Virus record (IMG/VR): IMGVR_UViG_3300003324_000404
Source of the DNA: an uncultured virus (IMG/VR IMGVR_UViG_3300003324_000404)
Taxonomy: Duplodnaviria; Heunggongvirae; Uroviricota; Caudoviricetes
Reading direction: 5' to 3' (one strand)
DNA: 64,000 nucleotides
In this document: one piece after another, positions 9,786 to 18,147 of the stretch
How positions within the stretch are numbered: position 1 is the first letter of the stretch
How the letters are laid out: every line of letters starts with the position of its first letter
Notes under the pieces: generated by a model
The model's input: only the letters and a program-made list of their open reading frames with translations
Databases searched by the model: none
What the model was told of the DNA's origin: nothing
Program-made: the position numbers and the translations under genes

Positions 9786-10343
9786 TCACTTCCAAGGAAG
9801 GATCTCGAGAGCAGCGTTGATCCTCTTGACTCGACGAAGCTTGCCGTCGGTCTTAGCGATGCCTCGAGCTTCCTGAAGCAGATCTCGAGCTTCGGTGATC
9901 CGAGTCACCGGCTTGACTCGATGCGGAATCTTGATTCCACTGATGGTCTCAGACCAACCGGCGTATTCCAGTCCCCAGTGCTCCTCGATCCAGCTCAACG
10001 GAACTGTGGACGTAACTCCACGGCTCGGAGCATCGGTCGAACGAATCATGTAGATTCCAGACTGGGGATCCGGACCAAGCGAGATTGCTCGGTGACCGTG
10101 ATCGCTGGAGCCATGGAGCCACGAAACCGGGAACCCCTTGGGGGGCTTCCGGTCACCAGGGTGCTTGAAGTTGGCAGGCTCCCGCTTCCAACCGTCCTCG
10201 GCATCTGCCGATCCGTCACCATCGAAGTCACCTACTGACGGCGCACCGTAGTAGCCTCGAGTGACGATCTGGCAGGTGTCCGGAATGTTCCTTGTACGAG
10301 CTAGCGCGTTCTTCGCCGCTTCCTCGGCTGTTGCAATTGACAT
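9786..10343 (-). CDS. Endolysin, probable CHAP/NlpC-like Cys-His peptidase
   Basis: TCQ..GHRAISLG..IRSTD..WIEEHWGLEYAGW pattern, located next to the HNH gene. Confidence 0.65.
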   Translation of the reverse strand: MSIATAEEAAKNALARTRNIPDTCQIVTRGYYGAPSVGDFDGDGSADAEDGWKREPANFKHPGDRKPPKGFPVSWLHGSSDHGHRAISLGPDPQSGIYMIRSTDAPSRGVTSTVPLSWIEEHWGLEYAGWSETISGIKIPHRVKPVTRITEARDLLQEARGIAKTDGKLRRVKRINAALEILPWK

Positions 10344-10355
10344 GTCATCCTCCCT

Positions 10356-10763
10356 TTACCACAGCGTGGTGTCGCCAGGCCTACGTTCGATGAGTCCCCG
10401 GGGAAGTTGGGACTCATCGCCATAGTGAATGGCGTTGTGTGTTCTAAGTGAACACGAGATCAGGTATTCCATGTTGAGATTGTCAGGATCTGCCTGATCG
10501 AAGTTTGCAGCGACCATTGGATTCATGTGATGTACGATGATTCCACCATGTAGGTCGTACCCCTCGACCCCTAGATCGCATCCTTCGTCCCGAGCAATCA
10601 CGTCGCGCCGAACTCTTTGCCACTCGTAGCGCTTGTAGAACTGTTGATTGGCCCAGCGCTCCCAACCGAACGTTCTTTCGCCCACAACACCCTGAAGAGC
10701 GAGGTAATGGAATCGCTCTTCAAGGGTTGTGAGACGACTTAACTCTGTGTAAGTCCTGATCAT
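10356..10763 (-). CDS. HNH endonuclease, packaging-associated
   Basis: VRRDVIARDEGCDLG..IVHHMNP..LISCSLRTHNAIH. Confidence 0.85.
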   Translation of the reverse strand: MIRTYTELSRLTTLEERFHYLALQGVVGERTFGWERWANQQFYKRYEWQRVRRDVIARDEGCDLGVEGYDLHGGIIVHHMNPMVAANFDQADPDNLNMEYLISCSLRTHNAIHYGDESQLPRGLIERRPGDTTLW

Positions 10764-11119
10764 CCGATCAAATACCCATCCGTGATGAATCCGTGCCAGT
10801 AGGAACCTTCGCGAACGTGCTGTCCCTCGTTGTTTGTGACAAACCGAAGAATGTCAATCGAGGGAGTTACCGTAAGCTTGGGTGCTCTGCCTCTTACCGA
10901 CCACAACTTGTGCGGAGGATCTGAGGCGCGATCTGTCGTTCTCCAAGACAACTGTCCAGGATGACCTGGAGTTCCCTGATCTGGAGACGGCGGTAGAATG
11001 ATCCACCAGCATCTCCGACCAGGAATGTCGCCTGGAGGATAACGCCACATCATTCCGCCTTGGCGCTCTTCGTACGGAGGGAACGGATCGACTATGCGCA
11101 ATGGGATTCGCTCAGTCAT
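10760..11119 (-). CDS. Hypothetical protein (DUF6527-like C-terminus)
   Basis: Start MTERIP overlaps the terS stop. Contains LTVTPSI..WHGFITDG. Confidence 0.5.
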   Translation of the reverse strand: MTERIPLRIVDPFPPYEERQGGMMWRYPPGDIPGRRCWWIILPPSPDQGTPGHPGQLSWRTTDRASDPPHKLWSVRGRAPKLTVTPSIDILRFVTNNEGQHVREGSYWHGFITDGYLIG

Positions 11120-11459
11120 CAGGAATGTCCCCAGAGTTGGACTGGTAGGACCGAAATGCCTCGAGAGCAGCCTCGATGGATGCCTCCATACGAGTTGCTG
11201 CTTCCATCTGTTCGATCCTTGCCTGGAGAAGCCTGTTGTCGCTTTGCAAACGCTCCATCTCAAGCTGTTCTCTCATGCTGCCGCCCTTCAGAAAGTGCGT
11301 CAACACCTGAGAAGAAGCCTTACCGCTCCTGATGAGCCGCTCGGCTTCGTCGTATGCAAGATTCTGGAGTTGCTTCTCTCGCTCCTCGGGAGTGTGCGCT
11401 GGCCTGCCCCTAGGTCGTCCTCTTTGCTTCGGGGGGTCCGAGGGCTCTTGAGCAGCCAT
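11112..11459 (-). CDS. terS: Terminase small subunit (probable)
   Basis: PAHTPEEREKQL..LAYDEAE..IRSGKASSQVLTHFLK..ALEAFRSYQ. Located near the genome end. Confidence 0.7.
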   Translation of the reverse strand: MAAQEPSDPPKQRGRPRGRPAHTPEEREKQLQNLAYDEAERLIRSGKASSQVLTHFLKGGSMREQLEMERLQSDNRLLQARIEQMEAATRMEASIEAALEAFRSYQSNSGDIPDD

Positions 11460-11488
11460 AACACCTCCTTAGATTGTGTTGAAGTGAA

Positions 11489-11734
11489 TCAGGTGTCGAT
11501 GAGACCAGCATCCCGGAGCTTGCCGAGAATGGCGACGATGGCCGTCCTCAGCGCAACGACCTCCGACTGGACATACGACGAGCCCGGGCTGGCCGGGTCG
11601 GCAATGGTCCCACCGACCTTCTCGACGAAGTCCGACGCAGCCGTGACTTCGAAGCCTGCGATGCGTTGATCGACGACCTGCTCGACATCCTGCTGATGCA
11701 GGATGGTCTGGTCCTCGGGCGGGGTGTAGCTCAT
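11489..11734 (-). CDS. Small head-fibre/decoration-like protein
   Basis: C-terminal AILGKLRDAGLI motif and AAGGAGG RBS. Confidence 0.55.
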   Translation of the reverse strand: MSYTPPEDQTILHQQDVEQVVDQRIAGFEVTAASDFVEKVGGTIADPASPGSSYVQSEVVALRTAIVAILGKLRDAGLIDT

Positions 11735-11763
11735 AGCTATTCACCTCCTTCTGATTTTGTCAA

Positions 11764-12423
11764 CTAAGCAATTACCTTGTAGAGCATCGCAGGATGATCT
11801 GAACCGTTGAGGCCCAGATTCTGGGCGCTGAACAGCTTGGCGTTCTTCACTGCGATCAGATCGATACCAACACCTCCGGCCTGTGCACCGGCCGGGCCAG
11901 AGATGGTGGTACGAAATTCTTCAAGGTGCATGTTGGCGTCAAGCACCAACACGGTGGGTGTGCCAGGAAGAGATCGCTTCAGCCAAGCAACGAGGCGAAT
12001 GCGAGACTCATTCCGAGCAGCTACGCCGAACGGAGTGTGTGCTCCGCCGATCTTCCAGGTCTTGTTGCGCTTCTTGACCTTGACCGAGCGGTACACACGA
12101 GGATCTTGTGGCCAGCCATGCTTGGGGCCGATCCAGAAAGTCTTCATGCGGAGGGCTCGCTTCTTCTTGATCTCCAAGTCCTTGCGAACCAGGATCGCGA
12201 TGTTCGCTTGGCCAGGCTGATTGCCAGGCTTGAGCGGACGAGGCTTCATCTGGATCACGTGGTAACCGAGACCATAGAGATGGCCCTGAACCCGAGTCGC
12301 TTCCATGAGGACGGCAACCTCTGGGTCCTTCTCACGCAGGATTCCTTCAAGGTGTTGAACGACCGTCTCGGGACGGTTCCCGATGTAGACATTCCACGCC
12401 AAGATGTCGAGTACTTCTGTCAA
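11764..12423 (-). CDS. Endonuclease/exonuclease/phosphatase (EEP) family protein
   Basis: LAWNVY, VLMEA, GAH, VLDAN, IDLI and SDH motifs in the canonical order. Confidence 0.8.
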   Translation of the reverse strand: MTEVLDILAWNVYIGNRPETVVQHLEGILREKDPEVAVLMEATRVQGHLYGLGYHVIQMKPRPLKPGNQPGQANIAILVRKDLEIKKKRALRMKTFWIGPKHGWPQDPRVYRSVKVKKRNKTWKIGGAHTPFGVAARNESRIRLVAWLKRSLPGTPTVLVLDANMHLEEFRTTISGPAGAQAGGVGIDLIAVKNAKLFSAQNLGLNGSDHPAMLYKVIA

Positions 12424-12470
12424 CTTTCCCTCCTATGGACAAAACTTCATACACTGTGTACCAGGCTTCG

Positions 12471-12637
12471 TAATACGTAATTGGAACTTTCGGCCTACTT
12501 TCCAATACGTAATTGGATTGGCCGATAGATCCCAATACGTAATTAGGCCGGACCGTTTTCCCGTAGTCCCCCCGGGGAATTTTTTAGGAGGGCCGCGATG
12601 AAGAGGGGGGGTACGTTTAGCGAGACCCCCCCTCCCC
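12471..12637. other. Probable cos/packaging end region
   Basis: Intergenic, between the RNAP operon and the first late gene. Minus-strand CGCGGCCCT at 12589-12597, a G7/C7 inverted repeat at about 12603-12634, and three AATACGTAATT direct repeats. Confidence 0.7.
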
Positions 12638-12646
12638 ATACTGCTG

Positions 12647-12880
12647 TCACTCTCGTATCACGAGAATGTACTTGCCGTTGACGTTCTCTTCGACAATGTC
12701 ACGCATTGCCTGTTCCCGGTCCGCCTCCTGGTCAGCTTCACTCAATGAATCAGAAGTAATGATGATCCGATCGAGGTAGCCGGGGGTGTTGTAACCATGA
12801 GACATGTCCCAGATGAACCATTGATCCCACTCATCGAACGGATCGAAAGGATTATCTGATGTACTAAGCATCATAGCCAT
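12647..12880 (-). CDS. Conserved acidic small protein coupled to the RNAP-like gene
   Basis: TGATG overlap with the upstream gene. LSTSDNPFDPFDEWDQW..GYNT.GYL.RI. Confidence 0.75.
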   Translation of the reverse strand: MAMMLSTSDNPFDPFDEWDQWFIWDMSHGYNTPGYLDRIIITSDSLSEADQEADREQAMRDIVEENVNGKYILVIRE

Positions 12881-15690
12881 CAGGTATCTCCTCTCAGAGA
12901 GTTCTTCAGTGTGGTCAGTGATACTCCTAGAGCTTGAGCTACCTCAGCCTGTGTATGGCCAGCGGCCAGCATGGACTGTGCCCTCTGAAGATTCTCTCCA
13001 CCCATCAGCGTTGTTTGCTTGGGGGTGGCCAACTTCTTCACAGTTTCTAGGTCTGCATTGTCTAGGATCGTCTTCAGTTTGCTTGGGCTAATAGCCCGGG
13101 CTTGAATGGCCTGCCATTCTTGAGGGGTGATGACAATCTGATCTTTGCCAGCATTTGTCCTCAGCCTTGCTTGCTGAAGGGCCTGGAACTTGACTCTCTT
13201 GAGCTGCGATGCATCCATGTCAGGATTGTCTGCCCGCTTCTGCGACAATGTAGTATTGGCGTAGATCTGAGCTTGACGTTCCAAAGGTCTGTTCCGGATG
13301 GCCTGGTTGAGCTTGGCCGTAAGGGACTTAACCTCTGCGTCATATGCACGGGCAGCAGAAGGCAAAGCTTTGTCCTGCTTGGTGTTGACAAGTTCCTTCC
13401 TTGCCATGTTTGCCAATGCCTTCATCCGATTGCTGTGTTCGGCATAGACAGCCTCAATGGTTGTACCTGGTTTGTCCTTAGACCCACCAGATGTCAACAC
13501 AAAGGCGTCATCTTCCATTTCCAGCTTCTTGCGCGGCTGAGTGGGGAATCGTATCTTGCCCGTTCTGGGATCGACAAACTCCTCACCCTTAGGCACAAGG
13601 ATCTTCTTTCCTGTGACAGGATCGATGCCTCGTTGCTTCACAGCTCTAGCGTTACGATCAACAGACCCTGCTCGAGAGATTAGCGTCGATGCGCCACCTG
13701 CTGGGCCTGTTTCCTTGGGCTGGTACTTCTGTTGCAAAGCCCTAATGCCGTTCTGAATCTCTGATTCCTTGTAATCCAAGTGATGCTTCTCGGCATCGAT
13801 GACAACCATGGAGTGCTTGACTGCACGAGCAAGCTCGTCGTTGCTAGCACCACGAATCGTCATATCAGTGATCAGGTTTGACACCTTGCCCATGTGCTGC
13901 TGTTTGCCCGAAGGAGAAGGCTTCTTTGGCGTACCATCTGGCTTAACGCCATAATCAACCTTCTGAGCCTTGGCATCCCATCTTCCACCATCGATGGTTT
14001 TCATACCATCGTAAGGCGGGTATTCCCTTTGCGGCTCAAAGTGCTTCAACTCTTCCAGAGAGGGAGAGTTCTTGATAGTTGTGCCAGGACGCTGAGGAAT
14101 GACAATGACAGAGTCACCGTCGAAGTCAGCACCAGACAACTTTGCTGCCACTTTGGGATTGATACCAATAGCGTCAGGCGGATGATCGCCAAATGCCTCT
14201 CTTGCGGGGCGATGCCTGTTGTTGACAGTCAGCTCTGGAATCTCGAAGGTACCACCGTGGGGGTATCGGATGAGGACCACACGGTCGCCGTTTTTGTACG
14301 TCGGCGCGTAGACCTCCGTCTCTTTCATCGTTGGGATGGGGAGGATGACTCGAGACGCCTGGCCCGGAAGAGCTGCTGCTTTGAGATGAACAGCCGAGGA
14401 ATCCGCGCCATCCGCAAAGGACTCGAGAAGCTTCACTCGGACTGCCGGATTGGTCAGACTCATGATCTCATCGAGACCTTCTCTTGCTTCGTCATATGTA
14501 GCTTGAAGTTGACGACGAGCAAGTGTAGGAGCCTGCTTTGAGAGGAACTGAGACGACAAAGTCCTAGACCAAGTCTCCCAATCGCCCTCTTCATTGAGCT
14601 TGTTCATCACAGAAGTGACTTTGCCGGTTTTCTCGTCAAGAACCTGCCCATTCGGCTTGATCACCGCACCAAACGGGTTGTCCATATCGACGGTTCCGTC
14701 GTCCTTCTTCTTGAGCTCCTTCATGGCATCGAGTTTGCTACCACCAGGGCTCTTGTTGGTGTTGAACTGAAGATCTACGCCCTTCGGCATATCCGGTTTG
14801 TAGACCGCCATGCCTTTGAGGTAGTGGGTTCCGTCGACCATGATCCGGACTTGAGCATAGTGCGAGGCCCCGAGCGAAACATCCTTGACGCCGGGCCTGA
14901 CATAGATGACTCCATCCGCAAGGCTGCCTCCCTGATCGGCGTAAATGATGCCGATCCGTCTCGAAGAGATTGAGAGAGGCGGTTTAAGGCCAAGGATAGT
15001 TCTTCCATTGTCTTTGGAGAACTTTCCCAAAGCGTCAAGCTGCTGAATCTTGTCTTTGTTGGCATTGAGCTCCTTGTAGGTCGTTCCAGGAGGCGCAAGA
15101 ACTCGGATCGTGGTCTTGTTTCCGGGTGCGGTGCCCAATTGGTCGACCTGCACCTTGATGACCTCGTAGCCCTTCTCTCGAAGAACCGCTACAGCCGCCT
15201 TGAGGCGAGATTCAGCGATTCCGAGATGCTGTTCTACACCAGTGCCGATGTCAATGAAGCGCTTTGACGCAACACCCTCTTCCAACATCCTCGAGATGTT
15301 GTGGAGAGCATCAATCTTTGCGCGAGCATCGTCGGCAAGCAACGAGCGAACAGTTGACTCTTTCGTCTTCGTGCCGAACATCTTCTCGGCGATGGCCGTG
15401 TGAGACCACCCCTTGTCGCGAAGCTTCTGAGCCATGTGAATCTGTTGCTGCTTCTGCTGAGCCTTGGCGATAGTGCGAGCCGCCCGGTATTCAGTAGTGC
15501 TGATTCCGACCATTTTGCAGGCCTCTGTGATGGACATGTTGCCCTCGGCCTTGATCTTGTCGAAATACTCCAAGAAAGCTCGGTTGCGAGCGTTCTCAGT
15601 ACTACCAGAGCCCCAAGGGTAGCGACCTGACCTACGAAGGATGCCGTAGTGAGCCAGGTAGTTGTCCTTCTCCATGAGCTCGCTCACCAC
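12880..15690 (-). CDS. Single-chain two-barrel (DPBB) RNA polymerase-like protein with terminal HTH domains
   Basis: DGVIYV, QVR..YLKGM, RYP and LSGADFDGD motifs (DFDGD at 14113-14127). HTH-like segments at both ends. Confidence 0.8.
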   Translation of the reverse strand: MVSELMEKDNYLAHYGILRRSGRYPWGSGSTENARNRAFLEYFDKIKAEGNMSITEACKMVGISTTEYRAARTIAKAQQKQQQIHMAQKLRDKGWSHTAIAEKMFGTKTKESTVRSLLADDARAKIDALHNISRMLEEGVASKRFIDIGTGVEQHLGIAESRLKAAVAVLREKGYEVIKVQVDQLGTAPGNKTTIRVLAPPGTTYKELNANKDKIQQLDALGKFSKDNGRTILGLKPPLSISSRRIGIIYADQGGSLADGVIYVRPGVKDVSLGASHYAQVRIMVDGTHYLKGMAVYKPDMPKGVDLQFNTNKSPGGSKLDAMKELKKKDDGTVDMDNPFGAVIKPNGQVLDEKTGKVTSVMNKLNEEGDWETWSRTLSSQFLSKQAPTLARRQLQATYDEAREGLDEIMSLTNPAVRVKLLESFADGADSSAVHLKAAALPGQASRVILPIPTMKETEVYAPTYKNGDRVVLIRYPHGGTFEIPELTVNNRHRPAREAFGDHPPDAIGINPKVAAKLSGADFDGDSVIVIPQRPGTTIKNSPSLEELKHFEPQREYPPYDGMKTIDGGRWDAKAQKVDYGVKPDGTPKKPSPSGKQQHMGKVSNLITDMTIRGASNDELARAVKHSMVVIDAEKHHLDYKESEIQNGIRALQQKYQPKETGPAGGASTLISRAGSVDRNARAVKQRGIDPVTGKKILVPKGEEFVDPRTGKIRFPTQPRKKLEMEDDAFVLTSGGSKDKPGTTIEAVYAEHSNRMKALANMARKELVNTKQDKALPSAARAYDAEVKSLTAKLNQAIRNRPLERQAQIYANTTLSQKRADNPDMDASQLKRVKFQALQQARLRTNAGKDQIVITPQEWQAIQARAISPSKLKTILDNADLETVKKLATPKQTTLMGGENLQRAQSMLAAGHTQAEVAQALGVSLTTLKNSLRGDT

Positions 15691-16250
15691 ATCTCCTCCT
15701 CTTGCTCCCGAAGGTCGTCAATGCGCTTGCTGAGGTACTTGATTCGCTCCATGATGTGCATGATGTCATCAGGATCCGGAACGTGAATCCGGAAATCGTC
15801 ATTCTGGTAAATCCGAAGTTCGTGTTTGATCTTGAACGGGTTTACCAGATACTCCAAACAGAAGTAGGCATCGTACACCTCCAACTGCTTGAAAGACGTC
15901 AAAGCCTGACCATTCTTCAGATCATGAACGCGAAGAAAGTTTTTGCGGAAGCCAATTGCGTCGGCAGTGGCAAACGAATTAGCGTTGTACATCAACAACT
16001 GCTCTGGTCTCATTCGGAAACCGATAGCGTGGTTGACATACAGCGCAAGTGTCGTCTGCCCCTTCAACGGGATTTTCAGACGGATTGCTTCCGCAGCGAA
16101 AGTGTGAAGCTCAGTACCACGCTTGGCTTCCTGTTGCATGTGGTACACGCGGTCGAATTTGTCATCCTCGTAATTCAACCAGTGGTACTTGCTCGCACTC
16201 AGGTGAGTCGAGTGTTGGCCTACGAAGGCCGAATGCCTGTGCCAGATCAT
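15684..16250 (-). CDS. PD-(D/E)XK (Cas4/RecB-like) nuclease
   Basis: LSASK..RGTELH..EQ..TADAI..VHDLKNG..QL..Y. Confidence 0.75.
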   Translation of the reverse strand: MIWHRHSAFVGQHSTHLSASKYHWLNYEDDKFDRVYHMQQEAKRGTELHTFAAEAIRLKIPLKGQTTLALYVNHAIGFRMRPEQLLMYNANSFATADAIGFRKNFLRVHDLKNGQALTSFKQLEVYDAYFCLEYLVNPFKIKHELRIYQNDDFRIHVPDPDDIMHIMERIKYLSKRIDDLREQEEEMW

Positions 16251-16536
16251 TCAGAACCTCTGCTTCGTTTGCTGGGTAAATCACTGCGCCGAACCACCCG
16301 TTGGTGTTAGCCCAGTAGACATACCACTTCTGATTGGGTTCGAAGTCTGACTCGCGCATCGGTTTCTCGGGCTTGACTTCAAGCCAGGCCCAGCGTTTCC
16401 GCCAGAAAACCGAGAGATCGGGAATGCCTTGACGGTAGCCGGAGTTGTTCTTCAGGATGTCGCATTCGCCAGGGGGGAAGAGTCCTTTGATCCTGGGAAT
16501 CAACTCACGTTGGTAGTCTCGTTCTAGCATTCTCAC
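16162..16536 (-). CDS. VRR-NUC domain nuclease / resolvase
   Basis: ERDYQ..GIPDL..WLEVK..PNQ..IYPANE. Confidence 0.8.
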   Translation of the reverse strand: MRMLERDYQRELIPRIKGLFPPGECDILKNNSGYRQGIPDLSVFWRKRWAWLEVKPEKPMRESDFEPNQKWYVYWANTNGWFGAVIYPANEAEVLNDLAQAFGLRRPTLDSPECEQVPLVELRG

Positions 16537-16580
16537 CTCCCAAAACAGACAAATAGAGAGGAGACATGGTCCCTCCTTCT

Positions 16581-16605
16581 ATTATAGTCTGCGTTTGCGA
16601 CGCGA
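16581..16605 (-). promoter_or_regulatory. TCGC-N15-TATAAT promoter upstream of the nuclease-RNAP operon
   Basis: TCGC GTCGCAAACGCAGAC TATAAT, the same geometry as 23 other copies. Confidence 0.8.
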
Positions 16606-16613
16606 GCCAATAC

Positions 16614-17120
16614 TTACTGTGTCACACGTGCAAATCGTTGCCACGTGGGAAAGCAGGGGCTGCCGTTAACAACAGATTTCATCACATCTTCCTCTAAGAG
16701 ACCGTATTTACGCGCAACTTGACGCGTGTCGTCGAATTCCTCGCTCGTCTCCACGTCGTAGATCTTTGCAATCATCAGAGGCGTGGTAAATTCTTCGAAC
16801 TGATGAAAGAACTTGACTGCGAACCACCGAGGTCGCCAGGCTAGATTTTCTGCTCGGTTATCGTTGCGATCGCCGTTCAAATTGATCGGTGTGTTGAACT
16901 GTGCTGATTTTCCCTGCACAAACATGGTCGCCACGAGCCTTGGGACCGACAACGTAACCTGCCGACCCTCGTCCCGCTTCATCAAGCCTACCCGGACGAC
17001 GCCATATTGGTTTGGTGAGAGCTTAAGGTGTTGGTTCTTCTGCTCATTCATCACCTGGCCTTCGTCGCTCACCGCATATCCGGGAAAGCTCATTGAATCA
17101 AGTTTGGCCCAATTCTCCAT
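16614..17120 (-). CDS. NUMOD4/HNH-family protein, possibly catalytically degenerate
   Basis: W...PGYAVSDEGQV..VPRLVA..F..INLNGDRNDNRAENLAW. The usual His before the DG/NG motif is absent. Confidence 0.7.
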   Translation of the reverse strand: MENWAKLDSMSFPGYAVSDEGQVMNEQKNQHLKLSPNQYGVVRVGLMKRDEGRQVTLSVPRLVATMFVQGKSAQFNTPINLNGDRNDNRAENLAWRPRWFAVKFFHQFEEFTTPLMIAKIYDVETSEEFDDTRQVARKYGLLEEDVMKSVVNGSPCFPTWQRFARVTQ

Positions 17121-17254
17121 CTACCTAAGACCTCCACTCGGGAATCCTGCCCGTTCTTTTCTGCACCGACCGCAAACAAATCGCCAAAGCGGATGGTCTG
17201 GTGTTCCTCTGTTTACATGCTTCCACACGTGGCCGCTAAATAGACAACGAAGCA

Positions 17255-17883
17255 TCAATCATCCTTCAGCGCAGCAAGGACATGGTTAGACCAATCCTCG
17301 AGATCGTCGTACGTTGATGCCACAGCTCGAGTTAAAGCTACAACCATATAGCGCATGTGTATGGCCGTGTAGTGATTTGTGGTATCAGAAACGAGAGCCA
17401 TAAGATGACCATTGTCGTCGCTTCCCGCTTCTCTAGCCATGATGGCTCTTGTAATCAAACTTCTACAGTCCTCAAGAACCTTCTGTTGCAGACCGTCCAT
17501 CACGCCTCCTTCGGCATGTTCTGATGTCCACGCAGATTGATAGTGTGGCCCGTACGCTTGTGATGAGCCAGCCCCTTCTTAGCGAGCTTGTCGAAACTTG
17601 TTCCCGACTCAAGGAAGTTTCCGCACGTACATTGAATCACGTGTCGCTTGTTGATACCTGGCTTGAACCAGATGTAGTCGTTATCTACGACCTCTTGCTC
17701 TTCAGGCGTAGATCCCTCGAGATAGATCCTCAGATCCTCAGTGGACATGTAGAAGAAGATGTCCCTGGTGAAGATCTCAGCAGTTTTCTGCAGCTCTTCC
17801 TCGTCGAAGTTGAAGATGTACAGCTTCTCATCATCGGGACTGTACCCATACACTTGAACCGAGTCTTCTAACACTTTCGCCAC
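17255..17883 (-). CDS. Two hypothetical proteins (17500-17883 and 17255-17503)
   Basis: Coupled ORFs with protein-like composition. The first has a CTCG..H..H Zn-like tail. Confidence 0.6.
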
Positions 17884-17894
17884 CTTACTAGCTC

Positions 17895-18120
17895 CGATAC
17901 GTAGTTTTTACGTATTGCCAAGATTTCTTGAAGAAAACTTTTTAAAAAACTCATTCCTAATACTTAACCTAAATTCCGCGCGTAGGGATAGGGTTTACGT
18001 ACTGGAAATGACATTTTAGAAAAGTTTTTCTACTAAAATCTTGGCAATTACGTATTTTGCCTAGACAGGTGAGAAACGGGCTCTTTTACGCGGTATACGT
18101 AAGCTGTATACGTACGTACA
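17895..18120. other. AT-rich inverted-repeat region, candidate replication origin
   Basis: Imperfect arms of about 40 bp at 17909-17947 and 18014-18054, multiple TACGTA hexamers, directly downstream of the helicase gene. Confidence 0.6.
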
Positions 18121-18147
18121 AGGCCCGTCACTCACCCGTCAATTCTG

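Noticed and set aside
15684..16250. CRISPR-associated Cas4
   Set aside because: No Fe-S cysteine set and no CRISPR context. It is a generic phage PD-(D/E)XK nuclease.
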